A stretch of DNA of 64,000 nucleotides from an uncultured Gemmatimonadales bacterium (GTDB lineage: Bacteria; Gemmatimonadota; Gemmatimonadetes; Gemmatimonadales; GWC2-71-9), in NCBI GenBank assembly GCA_963695555.1, contig CAVOGR010000001.1, positions 224,001 to 288,000 on the forward strand, given 5' to 3'. Numbering within the stretch: the first letter of the stretch is position 1; each line of letters starts with the position of its first letter. Shown here piece after piece: positions 42,763 to 52,311 of the stretch. The notes beneath the pieces were generated by a model, which was not told the origin of the DNA, searched no databases, and saw only the letters and a program-made list of their open reading frames with translations. The position numbers were made by a program, and so were the translations under genes.

Positions 42763-44024
42763 AGCCGCTTCGGTTTTGCTTCCTGACCACCTTCTACCCG
42801 CCATACCATTTCGGTGGCGACGCGATCGGGATTCAGCGATTCGCGCGCGGTCTCGTCGCCCGGGGGCATGAGGTGACGGTGGTGCATGATGTCGATGCGC
42901 ATGCGACCCTGTCCAGCACTCAGCCGGCTGGCACTGAGCCTGAGGCGGACGGGGTTGCCACCATTCCGCTTCGGAGCGGCGCCGGCCCGCTCTCCTCCTT
43001 GCTTACCCAGCAGGTTGGGCGTCCCGTGCTCACCGGGCGGCGAATTCGCCGAATCCTCGACGATGGGCAGTTCGACGTCGTAAACTTTCATAACATTTCG
43101 CTGGTGGGCGGCCCCGGATTACTCTCATACGGCGAGCGGTCGGTTCGCCTCTACATGGCCCATGAGCACTGGCTGGTGTGTCCGAGCCATGTACTGTGGC
43201 GCCACGGCCGCGAGCTCTGCACCGGGCGAGAGTGTCTTCGATGTGTGCTTCACTATCGGCGTCCACCCCAGGCCTGGCGCTACACCGGCTACCTCGAGCG
43301 GCAGCTCGCCAATGTCGACGCGTTCATTGCCATGAGCGAATTCAGCCGACGCAAACACCAGGAGTTCGGCTTCCCGAGGGACATGGAAGTGCTGCCCTAT
43401 TTCCTGCCCGACGATGAGCCCGAGCGGCCCCAGAGCGGGGCTCGGCCGCATCCGAGGCCGTATTTTCTGTTCGTGGGCCGGCTCGAGAAGATCAAGGGGC
43501 TCGATGACGTTATCCCGCTCTTTCGCGACTACCCGGGCGCGGACCTCCTCGTCGCCGGGGACGGGGACTACGCCGAGACCCTGCGCGCTCAGGCCGCCGG
43601 CATCGACCGGGTCCGTTTCCTGGGCCGGATGCCCATGGATACGTTACGATCCTACTATGCGCATGCCTTGGCGTTGATCGTGCCGTCGGTTTGCTTCGAG
43701 ACATTCGGTATCATTCTGATCGAAGCATTTCGGCATACCACGCCGGTCCTGGCTCGGCGACTGGGTCCGTTTCCGGAAATCGTCGAACAGGCGGGCGGGG
43801 GCGAGTTGTTCGAGACGCAAGCGCAGCTCCTCGACGCAATGCGGCGCATGCAGGAGGACCGAGGGTATCGTGACCGGTTGGCCAGTGCGGGCCGCCGGGC
43901 GTTCGAGTCGTATTGGTCGGAAGAGGCGGTCATGCCTCGATATCTCGACATCGTGAGACGGGCGGCTGAGCGACGCCAGCGGCACGATATCATTGAGTCC
44001 CTGGCGCCGGTGGAGGTGGCATGA
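42759..44024 (+). CDS. GT4 glycosyltransferase
   Basis: FYPPYHFGG, HEHWLVCP, VGRLEKIKG, ETFGIILIEA. Confidence 0.92.
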   Translation: MKPLRFCFLTTFYPPYHFGGDAIGIQRFARGLVARGHEVTVVHDVDAHATLSSTQPAGTEPEADGVATIPLRSGAGPLSSLLTQQVGRPVLTGRRIRRILDDGQFDVVNFHNISLVGGPGLLSYGERSVRLYMAHEHWLVCPSHVLWRHGRELCTGRECLRCVLHYRRPPQAWRYTGYLERQLANVDAFIAMSEFSRRKHQEFGFPRDMEVLPYFLPDDEPERPQSGARPHPRPYFLFVGRLEKIKGLDDVIPLFRDYPGADLLVAGDGDYAETLRAQAAGIDRVRFLGRMPMDTLRSYYAHALALIVPSVCFETFGIILIEAFRHTTPVLARRLGPFPEIVEQAGGGELFETQAQLLDAMRRMQEDRGYRDRLASAGRRAFESYWSEEAVMPRYLDIVRRAAERRQRHDIIESLAPVEVA

Positions 44025-44995
44025 AGGTCTTTATTACTGGAGGGGCCGGGTTCATCGGCTCCCACTTGGCGGAAGCATTACTCGATCGCGGCGACGCGGT
44101 GTTGATGCTGGATGACCTCTCAACCGGCCGCATGGGGAATATCGAGCACCTCATGGGCCGCCAGGGGTTCGAGCACCGCATCGGCTCCGCCACCGATGCG
44201 CCGTTGGTCACGGAATTGGTGGACCGCTGCGACCTGACGGTGCACCTGGCTGCGGCAGTTGGAGTGAAGCTCATCGTGGATCAGCCGGTCCGCACCATCG
44301 AAACCAATGTTCGTGGGACGGAAGTAGTCCTGACCGCGGCGGCGCGGAAGCAGAAGCTCACCGTCATTGCCTCGACCTCGGAAGTCTACGGCAAGGGTAT
44401 CAAGATCCCGTTCAGCGAGGACGACGACCTGCGGCTTGGCCCCACCGCTAACTCGCGCTGGGCCTATGCCTGCTCCAAGGCCTTGGACGAGTGGCTCGCG
44501 CTGGCGTACTGGCGGGAGAAAGGCGTGCCGGTCATCATCCCGCGCTTCTTCAATACGGTGGGCCCGCGCCAGACCGGCCGCTATGGCATGGTGCTCCCGA
44601 CGCTCGTGGCCCAGGCGCTCCGCGGCGAGCCCTTGACCGTGTACGGCACGGGCGAGCAGTCGCGCTGCTTCAGTCATGTACGCGATGTCGTGAAAGCGGT
44701 GTTGGCCCTGATCGAAACTCCGGCAGCCGTTGGCCAAGTGGTCAATGTGGGGAGCGAAGAAGAGGTCAGCATGCTCCGGCTGGCTGAATTGGTTCGGGAA
44801 TTGACCGGGACCAAGTCCGACATCGTGCTGGTCCCGTACACCGAAGCCTATGCGGAGGGCTTCGAGGACATGCAGCGTCGCGTTCCCGATGTGAGCAAGT
44901 TGGAGCGGATGATCGGGTTTCGGCCTCGTACGCCCCTCGAAGAAATCGTCCGCGACGTCATCGTCTACGAGCGCTCACGCCTGGTCGCGACCTGA
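44021..44995 (+). CDS. NAD-dependent nucleotide-sugar epimerase/dehydratase (SDR)
   Basis: GGAGFIGSH, ASTSEVYGK, YACSK, RFFNTVGPRQ. Confidence 0.92.
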   Translation: MKVFITGGAGFIGSHLAEALLDRGDAVLMLDDLSTGRMGNIEHLMGRQGFEHRIGSATDAPLVTELVDRCDLTVHLAAAVGVKLIVDQPVRTIETNVRGTEVVLTAAARKQKLTVIASTSEVYGKGIKIPFSEDDDLRLGPTANSRWAYACSKALDEWLALAYWREKGVPVIIPRFFNTVGPRQTGRYGMVLPTLVAQALRGEPLTVYGTGEQSRCFSHVRDVVKAVLALIETPAAVGQVVNVGSEEEVSMLRLAELVRELTGTKSDIVLVPYTEAYAEGFEDMQRRVPDVSKLERMIGFRPRTPLEEIVRDVIVYERSRLVAT

Positions 44996-45002
44996 CGAAC
45001 AG

Positions 45003-45752
45003 ATGCGAGCCATCCTGACCTACCACTCGATCGATTCATCCGGGTCGCCGATTTCGGTGGATGCTGACGCATTCAGCCGGCACGTGGAATGGCTGGTCAC
45101 CGGGCCCGTCCGGGTCGTGGCCCTCGACGCCTTGCTCGACCTGCCGCCTGCGACGGATGCGGTGGCCCTCACGTTCGATGACGGCTTCGAGAATTTCCAG
45201 AGCGTTGCGGCCCCGCTCCTCGCCGCGCGAAACCTGCCGACCACGCTATTTGTGGTCAGCGGACACGTGGGTGGCACCAATGCCTGGGGCGGCAAGTCCC
45301 AACCAGGTATTCCGACACTTCCGCTGTTGGATTGGGATGCCCTCGGACGAGTGGCAGAGCGGGGCGTGTCCCTCGGGGTGCATACCCACACCCACCGACC
45401 GCTCCCCGACCTATCGCCCCAGCAGGTCGAGGAGGAAGTCGAAGAGTGCCGCGAGGCCATCCGCACACATACGGGGCACACGCCGACCACGTTTGCCTAC
45501 CCCTACGGAGCCGTGGACCGCGGCTCCGCCGAGGTCGTGGGGCGCTTGTTCCGACTTGGCTGCACTACGGAGCACCGCACCCTGGAACCCAGCGAGGATT
45601 CCTCGCGCCTGCCGCGGGTGGATATGTACTATTTCCGTCACCAGCCTGGCTTGCCGGGATGGGGTACTCCCGCATTTCGCCGCCGGCTCTGGACCCGCCG
45701 CGCGGCTCGGCGTTTGAGAGGTGCCTTGAGCCAGGCGGGGCTTGGACGATGA
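45003..45752 (+). CDS. Polysaccharide deacetylase (CE4)
   Basis: TYHSID, LTFDDGF, HTHTH, FAYPYG. Confidence 0.9.
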   Translation: MRAILTYHSIDSSGSPISVDADAFSRHVEWLVTGPVRVVALDALLDLPPATDAVALTFDDGFENFQSVAAPLLAARNLPTTLFVVSGHVGGTNAWGGKSQPGIPTLPLLDWDALGRVAERGVSLGVHTHTHRPLPDLSPQQVEEEVEECREAIRTHTGHTPTTFAYPYGAVDRGSAEVVGRLFRLGCTTEHRTLEPSEDSSRLPRVDMYYFRHQPGLPGWGTPAFRRRLWTRRAARRLRGALSQAGLGR

Positions 45753-46897
45753 CGGCACTTCCCTTCCGTCTTTCGGTCATCGTGCCGGTGCATCAAGGAG
45801 CGGTAGTCCTCCCGAAGTCGCTCGGCGCTTTGGTCGAGAGCGATCTGCCTCGGGATGAATGGGAACTCATCGTGGTAGATGATGCCAGCACGGATGGCAC
45901 GGCGGCAGTCGCCGCCCGCTATGCGGATACCGTGGTTACCCTGGGACGCAAGCCGCAGGGGCCTTCCTATGCCAGGAACAGGGGTGTGGAAGCGGCGCGG
46001 GGGGATGTCGTCGTCTTCATCGATGCAGACGTATGCGTGCATCGCGAAACCCTCCGACGATTTGCGAGTGTCTTCGCCGAGAATCCCGGCTTCAGCGCGG
46101 TCTTTGGGTCCTACGATGCGGCGCCGCCGGCTCCCGGGCTGGTCTCCCAATATCGGAATCTTCTCCACCACTGGGTCCACCAACAGAATGGGGGAGAGGC
46201 GGAGACATTCTGGGCAGGATGTGGAGCGATCCGGCGTAACGTGTTCTTCGAAGCCGGCATGTACGACGAATGGCATTTTTCACGCCCGCAGATCGAGGAT
46301 ATCGAACTCGGCCACCGGCTCAAAGAACTTGGGCACCGTATCACCTTGGCACCCGAGATTCAGGCTACCCATCTGAAGCATTGGACGCTCCGCAACATGC
46401 TTACGACCGATCTCAGGGATCGTGGCGTCCCGTGGACCCGGCTCCTCATCCAACGCGGCATCGTATCGAAATCGCAATCGCTCAATCTCCGCTTGATTGA
46501 GCGGGTCAATACGGTACTGGTGTGGACCGCAGCCTTGTTTGCGATCGTTGCGCTGGGCTTCCGGGATGCGCGGTGGCTTCTTCTCAGCGTTGCGTGTGGG
46601 CTACCGGTGCTGTGGTTTAACCGGCACTTGTATGCGTTCTTCCGGCGGGAACGCGGCCTTTGGTTTGCCGTCCGAGCGATTCCCTTGCACTTGATCTACT
46701 ACTTCCTCAACGGTATTGCCGTGGGGTGGGGGTGGTTGGTGCATCACGCGGTCGGTGAACCTCAGCCTGCGGTCGCCGTCGAGGCGTTCTCCGAAGTTGG
46801 GCTTCAGAGCTGGCCCCCGGTTCCACGAAAGGCGCCCGATCGCTCGGCGGACAACGAGGGGCGCGTATCCAGTCAGCGGAGAACCGATGTCACCTGA
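45749..46897 (+). CDS. GT2 glycosyltransferase with C-terminal TM region
   Basis: SVIVPV, VVDDASTD, ARNRG, FIDAD, IEDIELG; ATGA overlap with the previous gene. Confidence 0.9.
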   Translation: MTALPFRLSVIVPVHQGAVVLPKSLGALVESDLPRDEWELIVVDDASTDGTAAVAARYADTVVTLGRKPQGPSYARNRGVEAARGDVVVFIDADVCVHRETLRRFASVFAENPGFSAVFGSYDAAPPAPGLVSQYRNLLHHWVHQQNGGEAETFWAGCGAIRRNVFFEAGMYDEWHFSRPQIEDIELGHRLKELGHRITLAPEIQATHLKHWTLRNMLTTDLRDRGVPWTRLLIQRGIVSKSQSLNLRLIERVNTVLVWTAALFAIVALGFRDARWLLLSVACGLPVLWFNRHLYAFFRRERGLWFAVRAIPLHLIYYFLNGIAVGWGWLVHHAVGEPQPAVAVEAFSEVGLQSWPPVPRKAPDRSADNEGRVSSQRRTDVT

Positions 46898-46915
46898 TCT
46901 TGGGAAGATGTCGCC

Positions 46916-47725
46916 GTGGCGTTGAGGGCAAGGATCGGGCGGGCCATCGAGGCATTCCACCTGCTCTCGATGTATGCCGCGGACTGGGAATCACGCCGTG
47001 CTCTGGCCGCTGCCTATCGCCGCACCCTCAGCACCACAACAGACCCAACCGAGATCGTCGTCCGGCTGCGTGTTGCCGATCTCGTGATTCCATTTCATAT
47101 GAGAATGTGTGATATCTACACCCTGGGCGAGATCCTTCATGAACGGCAATATCAGGTGCGTTCCCCCCTCCCGGAGCGCCCAACGATTATCGATGCCGGC
47201 GCGAATATCGGAGTAGCGACCCTCTGGTTCTTGGGCCAATATCCTGGTGCGAAGCTGGTTTGCGTTGAACCCGACCTCGGCAATTTCCAGTTGCTGCAGG
47301 CAAATTTTGATGCACATGCTGACGTGACCCTCGAGCAGGTTGCCCTCGGCGCGGCTGATGAATCCGTGACACTTCATCTGGCCGCGCATGGTGCGATGCA
47401 TTCAGTGGTAGATACCGAGCCAGCGGTGGGGATGCTCTCAGTTTCCCAGATCAGGCTCGACACCCTCATGGATCGTCATTGTATCAAACAGATTGATCTT
47501 TTAAAGCTCGATGTTGAAGGCAGCGAATTTGACTGCGTCCGGGGGCTCGGCGACCGTCTGGTCAACGTCAAGGTTATTGTGGGAGAGTTTCATGAGCGCC
47601 TCGTAGATGAAGACGCGTTCTACAGCTACCTTGAAGGGTGCGGCTTTCATCAAGTCCACAAGACATATTTCGGAACAGGACGTTCCGACGGCGTTCACGC
47701 ATTCGAAGTAGTCCGTGAAGAATGA
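46916..47725 (+). CDS. FkbM-family SAM methyltransferase
   Basis: IDAGANIG, VEP, LLKLDVEGSE. Confidence 0.9.
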   Translation: MALRARIGRAIEAFHLLSMYAADWESRRALAAAYRRTLSTTTDPTEIVVRLRVADLVIPFHMRMCDIYTLGEILHERQYQVRSPLPERPTIIDAGANIGVATLWFLGQYPGAKLVCVEPDLGNFQLLQANFDAHADVTLEQVALGAADESVTLHLAAHGAMHSVVDTEPAVGMLSVSQIRLDTLMDRHCIKQIDLLKLDVEGSEFDCVRGLGDRLVNVKVIVGEFHERLVDEDAFYSYLEGCGFHQVHKTYFGTGRSDGVHAFEVVREE

Positions 47726-47794
47726 CATGGGTCGTGAACGTCCTAAACGCGTGCACCCGGTGATCGCCGGGGCCGAGCGTCGAGGAGAGGTCTG

Positions 47795-48169
47795 ATGCCC
47801 AACGTCACTCCCAGCGGAGCGGGTGCCACACCGGCACCTCTGGCGTATGCCTTTGCGCCGCTCCACAAGCGTGCCTTCGGCGTCGCGATAGGACTCGCGA
47901 CGGGATTGCTGGTTGCTGGTGCAACAGCTCTGTACGTCCTTCGTGGCCCGGATGTGGGCCCCGGCCTCGCGCTCCTGAGGCACTATTTCGCCGGCTATAC
48001 CGTTTCGTGGGAAGGTGCCATCGTTGGCTTCGGATGGGGATTCCTCTCCGGATTCGTCGCCGGGTGGTTCTTCGCATTTATTCGAAACCTCACGATAGGG
48101 GTCTTGATATTCTTCGTCCGGGTGAGGTCGGAGCTGTTACAGACTCGTGACTTCCTGGACCACATCTGA
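47795..48169 (+). CDS. Small membrane protein of unknown function (paralog 1)
   Basis: GAGG RBS; 2-3 Gly-rich TM helices; similar to the next gene. Confidence 0.75.
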   Translation: MPNVTPSGAGATPAPLAYAFAPLHKRAFGVAIGLATGLLVAGATALYVLRGPDVGPGLALLRHYFAGYTVSWEGAIVGFGWGFLSGFVAGWFFAFIRNLTIGVLIFFVRVRSELLQTRDFLDHI

Positions 48170-48204
48170 TCGACTGATCCACTTCGAGACGCGGGCGGTG
48201 ACCG

Positions 48205-48498
48205 ATGGCAAATGACGAAGACGAGATTCTCCAACACGCGCTGCTGCGGCTCAATGCCCGAGCCTGGGGGATCGCATTTGGGCTGCTCCTGGGCGGAGGG
48301 CTCTTCATCGCGACCAATGTGCTGGTGCTCAAGGGCGGGCCGAATGTGGGCCAGCACCTTCAGCTCTTGGCCGTCTTCTTCCCCGGCTTCCAGGTCACCT
48401 TCCTGGGCAGCATTATCGGGTTCATCTACGCATTCGTGGTCGGTTATGCACTCGGCCGCCTCGTCGGCCTGGTGTACAACCGATTGGCAGGCCCCTAA
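48205..48498 (+). CDS. Small membrane protein of unknown function (paralog 2)
   Basis: AWGIAFG...VG..L.LL...FPGFQVT..G.I.G pattern shared with paralog 1. Confidence 0.75.
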   Translation: MANDEDEILQHALLRLNARAWGIAFGLLLGGGLFIATNVLVLKGGPNVGQHLQLLAVFFPGFQVTFLGSIIGFIYAFVVGYALGRLVGLVYNRLAGP

Positions 48499-48501
48499 CA
48501 C

Positions 48502-48527
48502 AGCAGCCGGCTCGGCGGCCGGCTGCT
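48502..48527. terminator. Hairpin between convergent genes, probable bidirectional terminator
   Basis: AGCAGCCGGC-tcggcg-GCCGGCTGCT, perfect 10-bp stem. Confidence 0.6.
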
Positions 48528-48545
48528 TGTCCCCCTAGCATCGAG

Positions 48546-49862
48546 CCGTCCTACTGGGCGGCGATGGTGAGGACTCCGGTCGCGGGGATGCTGGTGACGA
48601 GGGGCTGGCCGGCGCCGAGGGTCACCGCGGGCCGGGCGGTGCGGAGCTCGGCGGCGGTGGTATAGGTCACGATGTAGCTGCCGGCCGGGAGGCCGGTCAC
48701 GCTGAACGAGCCCCCGGCGCCGGCCTTGACCACGACTGTCCAGCGGCCGGTGGTGTTCTTGAAGGCCAGGGGCGCAAAGGTGCCGCTGGTGCTGGTGGCC
48801 TGATAGCGGACCGCGCCGAGCCGCACATCCCGGAAATATTGTTGCAGGTAGCGGGTCCGGCTGTCGGGCCGGATCACCGGCGCCGTCGGGCTGCTCACGT
48901 CGACGTGATAGTACGCCCCCCCACCGTCATCGGTGTTGTTACACCAGCCCAGGATGAACTGCTGCCAGGCCGAGTTGCGCGCCAGGGTCAGATCCTGGTG
49001 CAGGTCCTGATAGCCGCTCCCGATGTGCTCCAGCATGCTGGTGCGGATCCCGGAGGCCTGGGCCCGCGCGCCGATGGTCTGCAGGTTCCCGGTGCTGACC
49101 CCGCCGTAGCGATGGTAGGCCAGGTCGGTGAGGTATTGGGTGGCCCGGGGCACCGCGATCAGCTGGTCGAAATAGGTGATGGCTCCGCCCATGTTGGCGT
49201 TGGAGGGGGCAATGAAATCGGGCCGGTACCCGGCCGCCGCCAGCCGGTCGCCCGCGGCCACCAAGGCCTGGCCGATCTGGGTCCCGGTCCACTGGGCATT
49301 GTCGGGCTCGAGCACGAGCTCCACGGCATCGGGGGTCCAGCCGTACCGGCTGGCCAGATGCTGAAACGCGACGAGGAGGAACTCGGCATACTCGGCCGGG
49401 GCCGTCTTGTGGAACAGGGTGCCCGCCCCTTGGGTGCTGAAATCGGTGTAGTTCAGGTTCACGTAGAGCTGCTCGCCCTGGGCCAAGAGCCGGGTCCGGA
49501 TCGGGGTGACCACGTTGTCGATGTAGTAGTCGAGCTCGGTGAAGTGGAAGCCGGCCGCGTTGGCGGTGGTGGGGCTGGTGTTATCGTTGATCGTGGCATA
49601 GCGCACGGTCCGCCACTCGGCGCGGGTGATCCGCCCCGCCTGGAGATCGGCATAGTAGTCGGTCGGATTCTCGACGCCGCTCCGGACCGGGAGCCGGAGC
49701 CGGTTGATCCCCAGCTCGGTCACCACCCGGTCGTACAGCGGGTTCCGGTAATTGGCGAAGGCGACCGGATCACACTCGTCCTGCCCCGCCTGGGCCGTCG
49801 CCTCCCAGCCCGTCATCGTCTGCAGCGCCGCCGTCGGCACCACCGTGATTACCGGCCCGCTG
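48546..49862 (-). repeat. ~1.3 kb near-identical repeat (GH core), copy 1
   Basis: Offset 2039 to copy 2 and 4200 to copy 3; 17 mismatches to copy 3 counted by eye. Confidence 0.95.
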
Positions 49863-50527
49863 ATTGGCGTTGTGATTCTGATGGTGGCAGACCCTGACGA
49901 TTGAGTGCCGGCATGGGTTGCGGTGGCGGCGTAGCTGCCGGACGTCGAGCCGGCAGTGTAATAGCCGCCTGGATCGATGGTGCCGCCGGTCGCGTTCCAA
50001 CTCACGCCTACTGGCACCGTCGACCCGTCGCTCAGGCGACCCTCGGCACTGAACTGTCGTGATTCAGAGGCGTTCAGGGTCGTGGAAGAGGGTGATACGA
50101 TGATTGCTTCCAAATCGGGTGGAGGCGGAGGCACCACCTCGACACCCGAGCTGTCCTTCTTTGCCCTCCCTTTGGCTTTGCCCCGGCCGTTGCCGCTACC
50201 TCGTACCTTCGCCGCGCCGATTGCGGATGAGACGAAGAGCCCGTTGGCGCTGATGTCGCCGTTTTCCGCGCTCCACTCCATGTCAACAGCAACCGAATCG
50301 CCAGTGCCCGTCAATCCGTAGGCCTGGAATTGCAGGGGTTGGTTGACTTCGGCTACAGCTGTTCTGGGGATGATGACGAGTGTGGCGATGTCGGTACTAG
50401 GATCTTCGGGGCCGAGTCCTTCTCGGAGCTCACCAGGAGCGCAGGAGGCCAGGAGGAGCGGGCAGAGCATCCACCCCGCTATTCGAGAAGCGGCCAGCCT
50501 GCGAGACAGCTTGAAGGTATAGGTCAC
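48551..50527 (-). CDS. Lipoprotein: two Ig-like (Big_2) domains + GH30-like clan GH-A glycoside hydrolase domain (copy 1)
   Basis: Lipobox LLASC; WSAENG/WNATGG Ig motifs; QTMTGW, LGINRLR, VLEPDN, YHRY, SMLEH, QYFRDVRLGAVR, AFKNTTG. Confidence 0.8.
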   Translation of the reverse strand: MTYTFKLSRRLAASRIAGWMLCPLLLASCAPGELREGLGPEDPSTDIATLVIIPRTAVAEVNQPLQFQAYGLTGTGDSVAVDMEWSAENGDISANGLFVSSAIGAAKVRGSGNGRGKAKGRAKKDSSGVEVVPPPPPDLEAIIVSPSSTTLNASESRQFSAEGRLSDGSTVPVGVSWNATGGTIDPGGYYTAGSTSGSYAATATHAGTQSSGSATIRITTPISGPVITVVPTAALQTMTGWEATAQAGQDECDPVAFANYRNPLYDRVVTELGINRLRLPVRSGVENPTDYYADLQAGRITRAEWRTVRYATINDNTSPTTANAAGFHFTELDYYIDNVVTPIRTRLLAQGEQLYVNLNYTDFSTQGAGTLFHKTAPAEYAEFLLVAFQHLASRYGWTPDAVELVLEPDNAQWTGTQIGQALVAAGDRLAAAGYRPDFIAPSNANMGGAITYFDQLIAVPRATQYLTDLAYHRYGGVSTGNLQTIGARAQASGIRTSMLEHIGSGYQDLHQDLTLARNSAWQQFILGWCNNTDDGGGAYYHVDVSSPTAPVIRPDSRTRYLQQYFRDVRLGAVRYQATSTSGTFAPLAFKNTTGRWTVVVKAGAGGSFSVTGLPAGSYIVTYTTAAELRTARPAVTLGAGQPLVTSIPATGVLTIAAQ

Positions 50528-50556
50528 GAGTGCTTCTCCTGCGGCTGGTGGAGTCA

Positions 50557-50579
50557 GGAGGCCCTGGGGGAGGGCCTCC
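50557..50579. promoter_or_regulatory. Intergenic hairpin between GH copies 2 and 1
   Basis: GGAGGCCCT-ggggg-AGGGCCTCC, 9-bp stem, no U-tract. Confidence 0.4.
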
Positions 50580-50592
50580 CGGGGTGAGGTAC

Positions 50593-52311
50593 TTATTGGC
50601 TAATGGTGAGGACCCCGGTCGCGGGGATGCTGGTGACGAGGGGCTGGCCGGCGCCGAGGGTCACCGCGGGCCGGGCGGTGCGGAGCTCGGCGGCGGTGGT
50701 ATAGGTCACGATGTAGCTGCCGGCCGGGAGGCCGGTCACGCTGAACGAGCCCCCGGCGCCGGCCTTGACCACGACTGTCCAGCGGCCGGTGGTGTTCTTG
50801 AAGGCCAGGGGCGCAAAGGTGCCGCTGGTGCTGGTGGCCTGATAGCGGACCGCGCCGAGCCGCACATCCCGGAAATATTGTTGCAGGTAGCGGGTCCGGC
50901 TGTCGGGCCGGATCACCGGCGCCGTCGGGCTGCTCACGTCGACGTGATAGTACGCCCCCCCACCGTCATCGGTGTTGTTACACCAGCCCAGGATGAACTG
51001 CTGCCAGGCCGAGTTGCGCGCCAGGGTCAGATCCTGGTGCAGGTCCTGATAGCCGCTCCCGATGTGCTCCAGCATGCTGGTGCGGATCCCGTAGGCCTGG
51101 GCTCGCGTCCCGATGGTCTGCAGGTTCCCGGTGCTGACCCCGCCGTAGCGATGGTAGGCCAGATCGGTGAGGTATTGGGTGGCCCGGGGCACCGCGACCA
51201 GCTGGTCGAAATAGGTGATGGCTCCGCCCATGTTGGCGTTGGAGGGCGCGATGAAGGCGGGCCGGTACCCGGCCGCCGCCAGCCGGTCGCCCGCGGCCAC
51301 CAAGGCCTGCCCGATCTGGGTCCCGGTCCACTGGGCGTTGTCGGGCTCGAGCACGAGCTCCACGGCATCGGGGGTCCAGCCGTACCGGCTGGCGAGATGC
51401 TGAAACGTGACGAGGAGGAACTCGGCATACTCGGCCGGGGCCGTCTTGTGGAACAGGGTGCCCGCCCCTTGGGTGCTGAAATCGGTGTAGTTCAGGTTCA
51501 CGTAGAGCTGCTCGCCCTGGGCCAAGAGCCGGGTCCGGATCGGGGTGACCACGTTGTCGATGTAGTAGTCGAGCTCGGTGAAGTGGAAGCCGGCCGCGTT
51601 GGCGGTGGTGGGGCTGGTGTTATCGTTGATCGTGGCATAGCGCACGGTCCGCCACTCGGCGCGGGTGATCCGCCCCGCCTGGAGATCGGCATAGTAGTCG
51701 GTCGGATTCTCGACGCCGCTCCGGACCGGGAGCCGGAGCCGGTTGATCCCCAGCTCGGTCACCACCCGGTCGTACAGCGGGTTCCGGTAATTGGCGAAGG
51801 CGACCGGATCACACTCGTCCTGCCCCGCCTGGGCCGTCGCCTCCCAGCCCGTCATCGTCTGCAGCGCCGCCGTCGGCACCACCGCGATCACCGGCCCGCT
51901 GCCCGGCGCGACGACGGCCACCGTAGCTGACGTCGTGACAGTGCCGTTTGCCACTACGGCTGTGACCTGGAAGTTTCCAACCGCCGGGCCCGCGGTATAG
52001 GTACCGGCAGCGTCGATGGCCCCGCCGGTCGCACTCCAGTCGACAGTGACGCCGACCGAGTCGCCGTTCTGGGTGCGCCCGTATGCTGCGAACGGGATTG
52101 CTTGGTTGGCCTCGACGGTAGCCGAACTCGGCGTCACCACGAGGGCCGAGAGGCCACTCGAATCGGGTCCAATGCCTTCCTTCAAATCTCCCGACGCACA
52201 GGCAGCGAGCAGGCTCAGGAGCGGTCCAATGACGAGCGGGCGTAGTGCCCGTCTTCGTCCGGCCAATTCACTGGGCAACTTCATGGTCACACTTGCTGAA
52301 CCTCGACTCAT
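50593..52311 (-). CDS. Lipoprotein: Ig-like domain + GH30-like domain (copy 2)
   Basis: Lipobox LLAAC; same catalytic core as copy 1; start may be 52284 (MKLPS). Confidence 0.8.
   Translation of the reverse strand: MSRGSASVTMKLPSELAGRRRALRPLVIGPLLSLLAACASGDLKEGIGPDSSGLSALVVTPSSATVEANQAIPFAAYGRTQNGDSVGVTVDWSATGGAIDAAGTYTAGPAVGNFQVTAVVANGTVTTSATVAVVAPGSGPVIAVVPTAALQTMTGWEATAQAGQDECDPVAFANYRNPLYDRVVTELGINRLRLPVRSGVENPTDYYADLQAGRITRAEWRTVRYATINDNTSPTTANAAGFHFTELDYYIDNVVTPIRTRLLAQGEQLYVNLNYTDFSTQGAGTLFHKTAPAEYAEFLLVTFQHLASRYGWTPDAVELVLEPDNAQWTGTQIGQALVAAGDRLAAAGYRPAFIAPSNANMGGAITYFDQLVAVPRATQYLTDLAYHRYGGVSTGNLQTIGTRAQAYGIRTSMLEHIGSGYQDLHQDLTLARNSAWQQFILGWCNNTDDGGGAYYHVDVSSPTAPVIRPDSRTRYLQQYFRDVRLGAVRYQATSTSGTFAPLAFKNTTGRWTVVVKAGAGGSFSVTGLPAGSYIVTYTTAAELRTARPAVTLGAGQPLVTSIPATGVLTISQ
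50603..51901 (-). repeat. ~1.3 kb near-identical repeat (GH core), copy 2
   Basis: Direct alignment with copies 1 and 3. Confidence 0.95.

Noticed and set aside
47795..48498. Phage holins
   Set aside because: No endolysin or phage genes nearby; co-transcribed with glycosyltransferases
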